From Candidatus Dormiibacterota bacterium (GTDB lineage Bacteria; Chloroflexota; Dormibacteria; Aeolococcales; Aeolococcaceae), in the NCBI GenBank assembly GCA_003162415.1, contig PMOL01000004.1:266474-330473 (forward strand): a stretch of DNA of 64,000 nucleotides, read 5' to 3'. The notes under the pieces are model-generated. The model ran no database searches and was not told where the DNA came from. It saw only the letters and a program-made list of their open reading frames with translations. The position numbers were made by a program, and so were the translations under genes. Numbering within the stretch: the first letter of the stretch is position 1; each line of letters opens with the position of its first letter. This document shows positions 20,396-29,311 of this stretch, one piece after another.

Positions 20396-21685
20396 TTACA
20401 GGCGCGCCCGCCGCTTGAGGTCGAGATAGCGGTTCACAAGCCGCGGTGACAGCGTACGCGCATCCGCGTCGATGGTCTCGACGCCGGACCGGCGCAGCAT
20501 GAGCAACGTGTCATCGCGATCGGCGATGAGCCCGCCGGCGACCGCGCGGGCATAGGCATCGTCGCCACTTCGCGGAACAGTGTTGGCCGCGTCGTCGAGC
20601 GCGGGGTCGCGCACGGTTACGACCAGCGGCAGATGACGGCGACGCAGGCGAACGCACTGCCTGATCAGCGCTTTGCCCTGGTCGGGATCGAGCACGTCGG
20701 TGAAGATGACCACCAGCGAGCGACGGGTCTGCCAGCGGCTGAAATATGCAAGCGCATCGTCATAATCCGCCTCGGTCTCACCCGGTTGGATCGGACGGGT
20801 GGCGTCGAGAAAACGGCGCAACTGCGCGGTGCCGGCGCGCGGCGGAAGCGTGCCGGTGACCCTGTCCGAGAAGGCGAGCATCCCGGCACGATCCCCAGCG
20901 CGGAGCGCGACGTGCACGAGCAGCAGCGCCGCATTGATCGCGTGGTCCAGCTTGGTGAGCTCGCCGGCGCCGATCCCCATCAGCCGGCCGTGATCCAGGC
21001 AAATCACCAGCGGCTGGGCACGCTCGGGGATGAGCTCCGTGGCCATCAGGCGCCCGGTCCGCGCGGTGGCGCGCCAGTTGACGGCCCGCAACGGGTCGTC
21101 CGGAAAGGCCTCGCGTACGCGGTCGAACTCGCTGCCCTCGGTGCGCAGGCGCATGGTGCGAAGTCCCAGCTCGGCGAGCTGACCGCGACGCGCCAGTGCC
21201 TCGTACACATCGATCGCAGCGAGGTTCGGGTCGACGCGAACTGCCCGGGTTGCTGCGACCGTGGTTTGCCGCCAGCCGATCCCCCACGGCCCGGTCGCCC
21301 GGACGACCGCCGGCCCCAGGACGACGTCGCCGCGCGCGACCGGCGTGACCGTGTACTCGACACGCGCCGGGAGACGCACCTTCCAACGGTTCCGCGATGG
21401 GTGCAGTCCTGAAGGGACGCGTTCATACACGATCGCTGATGCGCCCGCGGATCGAGCCGTGACGGCGAGGATCACGCGGTTGGCGACACCCACCGACAGC
21501 AGATCGTTGCAGTCGCGGTCGACGCGCAGCACCGTTCCTCCCGGCGCTCGCCGCGAGTCGACGGCGATCGCAACCAGCACGGCAAAGAAGAGCGCCAGTC
21601 CCACGACAAACACGGCTGGCGCCGCCGCACCCGCTGCAATCACCGCGACCGGCACCAGCAGGAGACCGGCGCCACGCCACGTCAT
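20396..21685 (-). CDS. DUF58 (vWA-like) protein, MoxR partner
   Basis: Two N-terminal TM segments, then a DUF58 core (NWRATARTGRLMATELIPERAQPLVICLDHGRLMG, VVIFTDVLD). Immediately downstream of the MoxR ATPase. Confidence 0.75.
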   Translation of the reverse strand: MTWRGAGLLLVPVAVIAAGAAAPAVFVVGLALFFAVLVAIAVDSRRAPGGTVLRVDRDCNDLLSVGVANRVILAVTARSAGASAIVYERVPSGLHPSRNRWKVRLPARVEYTVTPVARGDVVLGPAVVRATGPWGIGWRQTTVAATRAVRVDPNLAAIDVYEALARRGQLAELGLRTMRLRTEGSEFDRVREAFPDDPLRAVNWRATARTGRLMATELIPERAQPLVICLDHGRLMGIGAGELTKLDHAINAALLLVHVALRAGDRAGMLAFSDRVTGTLPPRAGTAQLRRFLDATRPIQPGETEADYDDALAYFSRWQTRRSLVVIFTDVLDPDQGKALIRQCVRLRRRHLPLVVTVRDPALDDAANTVPRSGDDAYARAVAGGLIADRDDTLLMLRRSGVETIDADARTLSPRLVNRYLDLKRRARL

Positions 21686-21695
21686 TGAGGCGCAG

Positions 21696-22664
21696 TCACC
21701 TCGGGACCGGGACCCTGCCCACCGCCCGCTGCACCGCCGCGACCTCGGACACTCCTTGGATCTCCGCCTCGGGACGGCGAATCATCCGGTGCCGGAGCGC
21801 CGGGATGCAGACGTCCTTCACATCGTCGGGAACGACGTAGTCGCGTCCCTGAATCGCTGCCATGGCCTTGCCGGCCAGCAGCAGCGCGATCGATCCGCGC
21901 GGGCTCGCCCCGAGTGAGAGGTCCGGACTGTTGCGCGTCGCGGTCACGATCGCCGAGATGTAGCCGAGCACCTCGTCGGAGACTCGAACCTTCGCGACCT
22001 CCGCGCGAACCCTCGCAAGAGCTGCGGTGTCGATGATCGAGGTCACCCCCGCTGCCACCAGGTCGTGAGCGTTGAACCCGCCGTCGACGCGACGCAGCAT
22101 CACCACCTCGGTCGCTGGCTCCGGGACGTTGACCTCGAGCTTGAAGAAGAATCGATCGAGCTGGGCCTCGGGGAGTGGATAGGTGCCCTCGTACTCGACG
22201 GGGTTCTGAGTGGCCACGACCAGAAAGCGGTCGCCGAGCGAGCGACTCTCACCGTCGGAGGTCACCTGGCGCTCCTCCATGGCCTCGAGCAGCGCCGACT
22301 GTGTTTTGGCCGGCGCACGGTTGATCTCGTCGGCGAGCAGCGTGTCGGTGAAAATCGGGCCCTCACGGAACTCAAAGCTTCCCGAGTCGGGACGATAGAC
22401 GCTGGTGCCGATGATGTCCGACGGCAGCAGGTCAGGAGTGAACTGGATTCGCGTGAAGCGCGCGTCGAGCGCGGCGGCCAGCGTGCGCGCCATCAACGTC
22501 TTCGCGGTGCCCGGGACACCCTCGAGGAGCACGTGCCCGCCGCAGAGCACGGCAATGTAGAGGCCGTCGATGACCTGGATCTGGCCGACCACGGCTCGTC
22601 CCATGGTCTCGTGCAGTGCGCCGCGCAGAGCGGCGGCGTCGTTCACAGGTGCCACTCCGGGCAT
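21696..22664 (-). CDS. MoxR-family AAA+ ATPase
   Basis: HVLLEGVPGTAKTLMARTLA, RIQFTPDLLPSDIIGT, LLADEINRAPAKTQSALLEAMEERQVT, VVATQNPVEYEGTYPLPEAQLDRF. Start set to ATG 22664, which gives a 22-nt gap after the upstream gene. Confidence 0.9.
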   Translation of the reverse strand: MPGVAPVNDAAALRGALHETMGRAVVGQIQVIDGLYIAVLCGGHVLLEGVPGTAKTLMARTLAAALDARFTRIQFTPDLLPSDIIGTSVYRPDSGSFEFREGPIFTDTLLADEINRAPAKTQSALLEAMEERQVTSDGESRSLGDRFLVVATQNPVEYEGTYPLPEAQLDRFFFKLEVNVPEPATEVVMLRRVDGGFNAHDLVAAGVTSIIDTAALARVRAEVAKVRVSDEVLGYISAIVTATRNSPDLSLGASPRGSIALLLAGKAMAAIQGRDYVVPDDVKDVCIPALRHRMIRRPEAEIQGVSEVAAVQRAVGRVPVPR

Positions 22665-22686
22665 TGTGCCCTGTGCGCTCGCGCGA

Positions 22687-23838
22687 TCATCCAACTGGCG
22701 CACCAGTCCACTGTCGTTCGCAGGCGTCGACATCGCGGGCGAGGCGGAGCAACTCGCTCTCCTCGGGTCGCCCCGCTGCGAGCGACCGAGCGTGGGCAAG
22801 CAGGGCGGCAAGCCCCACGCCCGCCTGCGGGTTGGTCATTGACGCCGCAGCGCAGAACGCCGCATCGTCGAGGTGCCGGTCCACTCCCGTCGCGCTCCCG
22901 ATCTTGCGTTTGAGCTCGTCCGCGTAGCGGGCCGCGATCGGTCCTCGCTGCCGGCTCCGTGCGAAGAGCTGCCCCATCGCGGTGACATACGCGCCGGCGC
23001 TCGGCACCACTGCGTCGCCGCCATCCTGCACGGGCTTCCCGAGGCGGCGGCCGTTCAGCGCGATCGCAAGCAGCACCACCATCGCGACCAGCAAGGACGC
23101 CAGGCCGACCGGCCCGTCAAAGATGGCCCCCGCACCAGCTGCCTGCGTTCCCTCGCCATGGTGATATTCGTCAAAGGTGATCCGGCCGCCGCGAGCGCGC
23201 TGCAACAGACTCAGCGCGAAGTCCGAGGAGTCGGGGTGACGGAGCCCATCGTTGGACAGCGGCGCGGTGTCGCCGAGAACATACGCGCGCCCGCTTCCGA
23301 TGCGGATCACGCCTGCCACGACGTTGTTCTTCTCCACCAGCATCGGGACCAGCGGCGCCTGGTTGGAGAAGGTCAAGCCGCTTGCGACCGGCACCGAACG
23401 GACTCGATCGGTGCTGTCAAAGGGCTCGGCAACTGTCGCACTGCCATTCCCCTGCGTTGCCGAAGGATTCACATCGAGCTTGCCGAGCAGCGGCGCGGCC
23501 GCGGCGAGGCTGTCCGGCGTGACCACGAGCACCAGGTCCCCGCCGCCGCGGAGAAACGTCATCAGGGCACCGACGTCCGGCGTGGTCAGCGCGACGGTCG
23601 GGTCATAGCAGAAGACCACGTCACTTGCAGTGAGATCGAAGCTCCCGCTGATACGGCCGACATCGAGACCGAGGTCCGAGAACCACGTGTACAGAGCGAG
23701 GGTGCCGAGGCTTCCGGCCGATCGCGACGACGGGTTGACCTGGTCGTTGGGAGGGATCGCGCTGCTGATCGCGATGACCGCGAGGATGCAGAGCGCTGTG
23801 ATCAAGGTGAGCATCGCCGAGAGCGGAGGCCGGCTCAT
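22687..23838 (-). CDS. DUF4350-like membrane-anchored protein
   Basis: N-terminal TM, then SLGTLALYTWFSDLGLDV..., a late TM and a C-terminal helical part. This is the composition and position typical of DUF4350 proteins upstream of MoxR. The family call is from memory. Confidence 0.6.
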   Translation of the reverse strand: MSRPPLSAMLTLITALCILAVIAISSAIPPNDQVNPSSRSAGSLGTLALYTWFSDLGLDVGRISGSFDLTASDVVFCYDPTVALTTPDVGALMTFLRGGGDLVLVVTPDSLAAAAPLLGKLDVNPSATQGNGSATVAEPFDSTDRVRSVPVASGLTFSNQAPLVPMLVEKNNVVAGVIRIGSGRAYVLGDTAPLSNDGLRHPDSSDFALSLLQRARGGRITFDEYHHGEGTQAAGAGAIFDGPVGLASLLVAMVVLLAIALNGRRLGKPVQDGGDAVVPSAGAYVTAMGQLFARSRQRGPIAARYADELKRKIGSATGVDRHLDDAAFCAAASMTNPQAGVGLAALLAHARSLAAGRPEESELLRLARDVDACERQWTGAPVG

Positions 23839-24806
23839 CAGCTCTGCGCTCCTGGGCTCTGCGCTCCGGGGCTCTGCGCTCCCGCGGCGCGGCGGGCCAC
23901 GCGTCGCACCGCATCACATCGGGCGCGTGCGACCTCCCAGTCAGCTGCGCCGACCGTTTCTCCGCCATACCAAGCCTTGTCGAATGACGCCGCCGCGGGC
24001 GCGACCACCGCAAGGAGATCGGCGTCCGCGGAGAGTGTGGCGAGCATCTCGCGCGTCGTCCATGCGCGATTCAACTGCGCTCGCCGGTCCGCGACCTCGA
24101 GCAACGCTGAGCGGAACGCTCGTCGAATCGCTTCTCGATAGTCCCCCTGCTGCGCGGCGGCAAGCGCAAGCTCCCACTCGCCATCCGGGTCGTTGCCGGC
24201 GGTGGCGGGTTCGTCCGGTGTGCGCACCCGCCGGCTTCCCGCAACCCCGCGCAGCCGGTAGATGACGAACGCCATGATGCCGGCGAGCACGATGAGGCCG
24301 AGCAGGATCGAGCCTCCCTGACCGAGCAGTCCGAAGAGATGCGAAAGAATCCACTGGACGGCCTCGCCGATGCGCGCAAAGATCGAGGGCGGCTGGTTCT
24401 GGTCGAGAGCGGCAAAAACAGATGATGCATACACTTGATGAAGCAGGTTTTGGGCCGCCTGGGAGTCGACCTGGCACGCAGAGCCGGCGGGCAGCGCGAG
24501 CGTGGTCACGATGAGGTCGATCCGCTGGATGGAGCCGGCGACGTCGGGTGGTGTCGCGGTGAGACCAGCGATGATCGGAGCGAGCGCCTGGCTCGAGGAC
24601 GGGGCGAGATCCTCGGCCTCGGTGACCGCGGTCAGCGCCGCCGGCGGCTGCGGAGGAACAGCCGTCAGGGCGCTCTCCGCGCGTCCCAGCAGTGCCAGGT
24701 ACTCGATGGTCACGCACGGCCCCGCGGCGCGCCCCCGCGTTGCCGTCGACCCGGAAACCGCGATGAGCGCGGCGGCGATGACACCCGCGGCGAGCAGGCG
24801 CCTCAC
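23838..24806 (-). CDS. DUF4129-like membrane protein
   Basis: GTG 24806 (GTGA overlap with the upstream stop). Signal/TM, central TM, and a C-terminal segment EWELALAAAQQGDYREAIRRAFRSALLEVADRRAQLNRAWTTREM typical of DUF4129. Ends in 3x GAQSP. Confidence 0.6.
   Translation of the reverse strand: MRRLLAAGVIAAALIAVSGSTATRGRAAGPCVTIEYLALLGRAESALTAVPPQPPAALTAVTEAEDLAPSSSQALAPIIAGLTATPPDVAGSIQRIDLIVTTLALPAGSACQVDSQAAQNLLHQVYASSVFAALDQNQPPSIFARIGEAVQWILSHLFGLLGQGGSILLGLIVLAGIMAFVIYRLRGVAGSRRVRTPDEPATAGNDPDGEWELALAAAQQGDYREAIRRAFRSALLEVADRRAQLNRAWTTREMLATLSADADLLAVVAPAAASFDKAWYGGETVGAADWEVARARCDAVRRVARRAAGAQSPGAQSPGAQS
23840..23884 (-). repeat. 3 x 15-nt tandem repeat inside the 3' end of the DUF4129-like gene
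   Basis: agctctgcgctcctg / ggctctgcgctccgg / ggctctgcgctcccg, encoding GAQSPGAQSPGAQS directly before the stop. Confidence 0.8.
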
Positions 24807-26005
24807 AGCGACCGCGCGAGCATCTCGATGTCGAAGCCTTCTTTGCGGATGCGAATGTCGTAGTACAGCAGCGTCACCCCGATGTAGGTGATCGGACCGA
24901 CGAACACGGCCGCGATCGCACCCGCCACCTGTTGGAAGACGAAAGAGTTGTTGGGTGCGATGAGGTTTCCCGGAACCTGGAAGATGGTGGACACCACCCC
25001 CGAGATGATCGAGGTGATGAGCACGAGCAGGAGCATGCGTCCGAACGTCGGCCAGAAGCGGCCGCCGATCAATTGCCAGCTCCGCTTGAGGCCGCCCCAC
25101 CCCGACACCCGTTCGAGAACGATCGCGGGCACGGCGACGACCGTTCGCACGTAGATCATGATCAGCACGGGGATCAGCCCGACGAATGCGATCACCGCCA
25201 GGAGGGCTCCGAGCCCTCCTGCTCCGGCGGCGCCGAGCAACGCCGTGAACAGGATCACCACGGCGAGGGACCCGGCGTAGACGACGATCAGGATGAGGAT
25301 CATCGCGATCAGCGCGCCAAGGCGGCTCCAGGCCGCCCGGTAGGCGGAGAGCAGCGAGCTCGGACGGTCGAGGTATCGGTCACTCACGGCACGCGTCGTC
25401 GCCGCCTCTCCGAGCGGGACGACGATCAGCAGACTGAGCAGCAGCAACCCCAGGGTGACGACGAGGATGCCGAGATACGAGTTGAGGAGCTGCTGGGCCT
25501 GCGCCTGGGTGATGCTCTGCCCGCCAAGCGATGCGAAGGGGGATCGCACGAAGGTGGCAACTCCGGTCAGCTCGAAGAGCAGCCAGGTGAGCAGGGCGTA
25601 GGGGATCTGCACCACGGCGCTGATCGACGCGATGAGCGCGAAATTGCGGCGGTAGAGCGTGAAGGTGGCGTCGAGCCACTCTCCCACCGACATCGAACGG
25701 AAGCGTCCGGACCCGACCTGGGACGGCATGAAGCCGGGATTCCAGCCAGGCTGCGGGGCTCCCCAGGCAGGCGGTTGACCCCACCCCGGCGGCGGCGAAC
25801 CCCAGCCCGAAGGAGGCGAGCCCCACCCCGGTGGGGGTGATCCCCAGCCCGGCGGCGGTGAGCCCCAGGCGGGCGGAGGCGCTCCCACATCGACTGGTGG
25901 CGGGCTGGGAGGCGGTGGCTGATCGGTCATCAGAACCATTGTCAATGCTGCACCGCAGGGCTGAGCAACGGTATCCTCACAAGTTGAGGCGATGAGAGAG
26001 TTCAC
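24803..26005 (-). CDS. polytopic membrane protein with Pro/Trp-rich repeat N-terminus
   Basis: 400 aa. N-terminal PPPAWGSPPPGWGSPPPGWGSPPSGWGSPPPGWGQPPAWG, then ~7 TM segments. First gene of the minus-strand MoxR operon. Confidence 0.6.
   Translation of the reverse strand: MNSLIASTCEDTVAQPCGAALTMVLMTDQPPPPSPPPVDVGAPPPAWGSPPPGWGSPPPGWGSPPSGWGSPPPGWGQPPAWGAPQPGWNPGFMPSQVGSGRFRSMSVGEWLDATFTLYRRNFALIASISAVVQIPYALLTWLLFELTGVATFVRSPFASLGGQSITQAQAQQLLNSYLGILVVTLGLLLLSLLIVVPLGEAATTRAVSDRYLDRPSSLLSAYRAAWSRLGALIAMILILIVVYAGSLAVVILFTALLGAAGAGGLGALLAVIAFVGLIPVLIMIYVRTVVAVPAIVLERVSGWGGLKRSWQLIGGRFWPTFGRMLLLVLITSIISGVVSTIFQVPGNLIAPNNSFVFQQVAGAIAAVFVGPITYIGVTLLYYDIRIRKEGFDIEMLARSL
25770..25885 (-). repeat. 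degenerate ~21-nt tandem repeats encoding GWGSPPP units
   Basis: Repeated ccccagcccggcggcgg-type units on the plus strand. They correspond to the (P)PGWGSPP repeats of the protein. Confidence 0.7.
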
Positions 26006-26035
26006 TGCCGCGCTGGTTCGCGGCCATTCCAGCCT

Positions 26036-27439
26036 TTGGCACGCCCGATGCGGGCGCTAGTCGTCGATCCGACCCTCATCGACCCCGGCTCCGGGGGGCG
26101 GGGCCGCGGAAGGCGTCGTCGCGCGCAAGCGAGCTCGTCGCTTCCTGTCGAGGTACGCGACGTCAGAACACCGGTTCCTCCCGGGCCCGGATGGGTGCTC
26201 ATCCGCCCTGCGCTGGCCGGCATCTGCAGCACCGACCTCGCCCTCGTGCACCGCGACCCGGTTCCCAACGTGCTTTCGGCCTATACCGCTCCAAGCACGT
26301 TCATCCCCGGCCACGAGGTCGTCGGCGTGGTGGAACGCGCCTCGTCCACCCGCTGGGCCCGCGAAGGAGATCGCGTCCTGGTCGAGCCGACCCTGCGCTG
26401 CGCCCACAAGGGGCTGGCCGAATGCCGTCGCTGCCGTGCGGGCGACACCCATCTCTGCGAGAACGCTGACCGCGGCGGGTCGCTCTGCTCCGGCCGGTCG
26501 GTTGGATCGAGCGAGAAGGCCGGCGGTGGCTGGAGCGAGGGCTTCCTCGTTCACGAGGACATGCTCGTTCCGGCCGACGGCATCTCCGACCAGCGAGGCG
26601 TCCTTGCGGAACCGGCGGCCACGGCGCTCCACGCCGTGCTGCGCTGGACGCGCAGGGGCGACACGGCGGTGGTGATCGGGTCGGGTGCTCTGAGCCGGCT
26701 CATCGTTGCGACCCTGCGGCGCTTGCACCCCGACCTCGACATCATCGTGCTCCACGACGCTCGGAGCACCACCCGCCCGCGCATGGGCCGGCGCCATCGG
26801 GAAAGCGCACCGCTCAACGGCGACCCCAATGCGGCGTTCATGGCAATTCGATCGATCGGAGCCAACCGCGTCTGGCACGGATCTTCGGAGCAGATGCTCC
26901 AGAAGACCGCCGAGCACATGGAAGCCCGGGTGATGCGCCCGGCCGGCGGTGGCCTGCCCGTCCTCGACGGCGGCGTCGACGTGGTCTTCGACTGTCGCGC
27001 GTCGGCGCTGAGCATCGACCTCGCAGTGCGCCTGCTGCGCGCCGGGGGCACGCTGGTGCTCTGCGGCCGCTCCGGCCGCCACGAGATCGAGTGGTCGTTG
27101 ATCTGGGCGCGTGAGCTCACGGTGCGTGGCGCCGCCTCGTACGGCCGCGAGCCCGACGGCAAGCGAACCTTCGGCACCATCCGGGAGTGGCTGAGCGACT
27201 CGAGCTTTCCGGTCGACGGTGTCGTGACCCATCGATTCCCGCTCGACGAGTACAACGCCGCGCTGTCGATCGCCCAGGCAGGTACGGCGGCCGGTGCCGT
27301 GAAGGTGGTCTTCGAAGGGCCGGCGGCAACCAGCCTCCGTCCGGCCGCCGCAGCGATCGTCGCCCAGCAGCCCGACGAGCCGGTGCTGCTCCAGTCGACT
27401 GCTGCCCGGGTTCGTGGCGGCCGAGTCAAAGTCTCCTAG
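26036..27439 (+). CDS. zinc-type medium-chain dehydrogenase/reductase (alcohol/threonine dehydrogenase-like)
   Basis: VLIRPALAGICSTDL, GHEVVGVVE, structural-zinc Cys cluster CAHKGLAECRRCRAGDTHLC, Rossmann VIGSGALS. Has an unusual Arg-rich insert near the N-terminus. Confidence 0.7.
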   Translation: MARPMRALVVDPTLIDPGSGGRGRGRRRRAQASSSLPVEVRDVRTPVPPGPGWVLIRPALAGICSTDLALVHRDPVPNVLSAYTAPSTFIPGHEVVGVVERASSTRWAREGDRVLVEPTLRCAHKGLAECRRCRAGDTHLCENADRGGSLCSGRSVGSSEKAGGGWSEGFLVHEDMLVPADGISDQRGVLAEPAATALHAVLRWTRRGDTAVVIGSGALSRLIVATLRRLHPDLDIIVLHDARSTTRPRMGRRHRESAPLNGDPNAAFMAIRSIGANRVWHGSSEQMLQKTAEHMEARVMRPAGGGLPVLDGGVDVVFDCRASALSIDLAVRLLRAGGTLVLCGRSGRHEIEWSLIWARELTVRGAASYGREPDGKRTFGTIREWLSDSSFPVDGVVTHRFPLDEYNAALSIAQAGTAAGAVKVVFEGPAATSLRPAAAAIVAQQPDEPVLLQSTAARVRGGRVKVS

Positions 27440-27535
27440 GGCTCCGCGCGACGTGCTGCCGTCTTCAGGCGGCGCGTGCCCGGGTGATCCAAACGCCCCA
27501 TTAGGCGCGTACCAACAGATGCGCAACCCCCGAGC

Positions 27536-28123
27536 GTGTGTCGGAGCATGAAAGTGCACCTGAGTGACGACGACATTGTCCGCTCGATCTCTGCCCGCTC
27601 GCCCGAGGGGATCGAAGCTTTGTACGACCGATACGGTGGCCTCGCCCACACTGTCGCTCTGCGCATCCTGAGCGACCGCGGCGCGGCCGAGGATGTCGTG
27701 CAGGAATCCTTTCTCGCCGTCTGGCGGCGCGGCTCCACGTTCCAGTCGGGGCGGGGATCACTGCGCTCATGGATCTGCACGATCGTCCGCAACCGAGCGA
27801 TCGACCGCCTCCGCGGCGATCGGCACAGGACGCGGCTCGATACACCGATCGAAGGCGAATCGCTAGAACCTGCAGTCTCCGATCCGTGGGCAGCGGTCGC
27901 GCTCGAGCTGAGCGGCGAGGAGGTTCGCAAGGCGCTCTCCGAGCTTCCAGCCGAGCAGCGCCAGACCATCGAGCTCGCCTACTACGGCGGCTACTCGCAG
28001 TCCGAGATTGCCACTGCGATGGAGGTGCCCCTCGGCACCGTCAAGGGGCGGGTCCGGATCGCGCTCGACAAGCTTCGCGCCAGTCTCGCCGATCGCGTGG
28101 AGACACCATGGCAGACGCAATGA
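27536..28123 (+). CDS. ECF (sigma-70 family) RNA polymerase sigma factor
   Basis: Region 2 AEDVVQESFLAVWRR...SWICTIVRNRAIDRLR and region 4 LPAEQRQTIELAYYGGYSQSEIATAMEVPLGTVKGRV. Confidence 0.85.
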   Translation: MCRSMKVHLSDDDIVRSISARSPEGIEALYDRYGGLAHTVALRILSDRGAAEDVVQESFLAVWRRGSTFQSGRGSLRSWICTIVRNRAIDRLRGDRHRTRLDTPIEGESLEPAVSDPWAAVALELSGEEVRKALSELPAEQRQTIELAYYGGYSQSEIATAMEVPLGTVKGRVRIALDKLRASLADRVETPWQTQ

Positions 28124-28818
28124 GCCACGATGAGGTCGCCGACCTCCTCGCGCTCGAGGCTGTCGGTGCGCTCGAGCCGTCGGAGCGAGACGGCATGGAG
28201 CGGCACCTGTCCACGTGCGCGGCCTGCCGGCACACCGCCGACGAGTATGCCGAGCTTGCATCGCTGCTGCCCGCCGCGCTCGAGCTGGTCCCGCCACCCG
28301 CACGGCTGCGGCGCAATCTCATGGCCGAGGTCTACGCAGAGGCAACCGCCTCACCGACCGTCCCCTGGTGGCGACGTCTGATCGATGCGATCCCGGCGAG
28401 CCGGACGTTCACGGTCGTCGGGGCGGTGGCGGTGATCGCGGCCATCGCTTTCGGGATCTGGGGCGCCACCAGCAGGACGAACCTGCAACCCCCGGTGACC
28501 GTCTCCTACACCGTGTCGGGAACCACGGCGACCGGAACGCTCGACGTTCCAGCCGGCGGGACGCCGGCGGTGCTGATGGTGAACGGCCTCCAGCCACTCC
28601 CCAGCACCAAGACATATGAGGTCTGGCTCATCCCGCCGCAGGGATCACCCAAGGGCGTCGCGTTCCTCAGCCCGAGCCCGGCGGTCGGCGGCTGGGTTGC
28701 GGTCGTCCCGGGGAGCCTTGCGGGGTACAAGAGCCTTGCCGCCACCGTGGAGCCGGCCGGGGGCAGTCCGACTCCGTCGAATACCGAAGTTCTGAGCGGT
28801 CAGCTCACGGCGTCCTGA
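28108..28818 (+). CDS. anti-sigma factor (ZAS N-terminus, RskA-like C-terminus)
   Basis: ATG 28108 overlaps the sigma gene end. LALEAVGALEPSERDGMERHLSTCAACR (HxxxCxxC), one TM (FTVVGAVAVIAAIAFGIW), extracytoplasmic TYEVWLIPPQG...ATVEPAGGSPTP typical of RskA. Confidence 0.75.
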   Translation: MADAMSHDEVADLLALEAVGALEPSERDGMERHLSTCAACRHTADEYAELASLLPAALELVPPPARLRRNLMAEVYAEATASPTVPWWRRLIDAIPASRTFTVVGAVAVIAAIAFGIWGATSRTNLQPPVTVSYTVSGTTATGTLDVPAGGTPAVLMVNGLQPLPSTKTYEVWLIPPQGSPKGVAFLSPSPAVGGWVAVVPGSLAGYKSLAATVEPAGGSPTPSNTEVLSGQLTAS

Positions 28819-28973
28819 GGCGGCGGCGGATTCGCCTTCCGCCGTTTCTCGGCGACTGCCGGGAGAACTCGCTTGATCCCGGCGTTGTCGACCACCATGC
28901 GTCGCTCGCGCTTGCGATCTCGCTGGCGGATCCGCTCGCGCTCGGCGTCGGGAACCTCGGGCTCGTGGTCCAT
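28800..28973 (-). CDS. candidate small Arg/Glu-rich protein (57 aa), third gene of the ECF sigma operon
   Basis: Below the ORF-track cut-off; translated by hand: MDHEPEVPDAERERIRQRDRKRERRMVVDNAGIKRVLPAVAEKRRKANPPPPQDAVS. GAGGG lies 5 nt before the ATG and 8 nt after the upstream stop. Overlaps the convergent anti-sigma gene by 19 nt. Confidence 0.3.
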   Translation of the reverse strand: MDHEPEVPDAERERIRQRDRKRERRMVVDNAGIKRVLPAVAEKRRKANPPPPQDAVS

Positions 28974-28981
28974 CAGTGCCC

Positions 28982-29311
28982 TCAGGCGCTCAGTGGCTCG
29001 GCCGGACGGCGCCTGCCACGGGCGATGGCGACCGCCGCTGCTGCCGCCAGGGTGACCACGGCGCCGCCCGCGATCGCCTGCACCCTGCGGTCGAGCCCCA
29101 GCGCACGCACGCGGCCGCCGAACCCGGCTGCGTCAGCGAGCGCGAGCGCAGCCCCGTAGATGTCGGCCCGTCGTGCGGGATCGAGCGTCCAGACTGCAAA
29201 GGCGCCAATGACCTCGTCGCCGGTGTCGACCAGGGCTGAGACCTCGGGGGAGGCAGCGAACGCAACGATGTCGCCCCCCAGCGCCGCATCGAGGCGATCG
29301 TCGACGCTCAC
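28982..29311 (-). CDS. hypothetical protein with C-terminal TM segment, co-transcribed with ECF sigma (possible anti-sigma)
   Basis: ATGA overlap with the sigma gene stop (29308-29311). 109 aa, with the hydrophobic stretch VQAIAGGAVVTLAAAAAVAIA near the C-terminus. No ZAS motif. Confidence 0.45.
   Translation of the reverse strand: MSVDDRLDAALGGDIVAFAASPEVSALVDTGDEVIGAFAVWTLDPARRADIYGAALALADAAGFGGRVRALGLDRRVQAIAGGAVVTLAAAAAVAIARGRRRPAEPLSA

Noticed and set aside
23840-25885. CRISPR array
   Set aside because: The only tandem repeats are short in-frame coding repeats (GAQSP, GWGSPPP) without unique spacers. No CRISPR-like repeat-spacer structure was seen anywhere.
27440-27535. ECF-type autoregulatory promoters upstream of the two sigma genes (also 29890..29949)
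   Set aside because: I could not find a convincing GGAAC-N16/17-CGT-type pair by eye. The candidates (for example CAAC-N17-CGTC at the second gene) are too degenerate to report.
26057-27649. 530-aa minus-strand ORF. Similar long ORFs occur at 13573..14982(-), 40704..41918(-), 46240..47802(+), 22873..24141(+), 31007..32296(+), 36867..38249(+), 38469..39806(+) and 58551..59729(-).
   Set aside because: These are antisense or out-of-frame shadows of well-supported genes, typical of high-GC DNA. Their products are R/G/P/A/D-rich with no motifs, while the opposite or alternate frame carries clear enzyme signatures.
27769-28107. N-terminal 113-codon extension of the anti-sigma ORF, and similar 5' extensions of ispH (18230), tdh (32377), arsR (51473), SDR (56560), ADH (58728) and MFS (59963)
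   Set aside because: The extensions overlap the preceding genes out of frame and have Arg/Pro/Ser-rich junk composition. Internal starts give canonical protein N-termini.
28825-28850. Terminator-like hairpin GGCGGA-TTCGCCT-TCCGCC followed by GTTTCTC after the anti-sigma gene
   Set aside because: The stem is only 6 bp and the U-tract is weak. It also lies inside the candidate 57-codon minus-strand ORF, so it is not called as a terminator.
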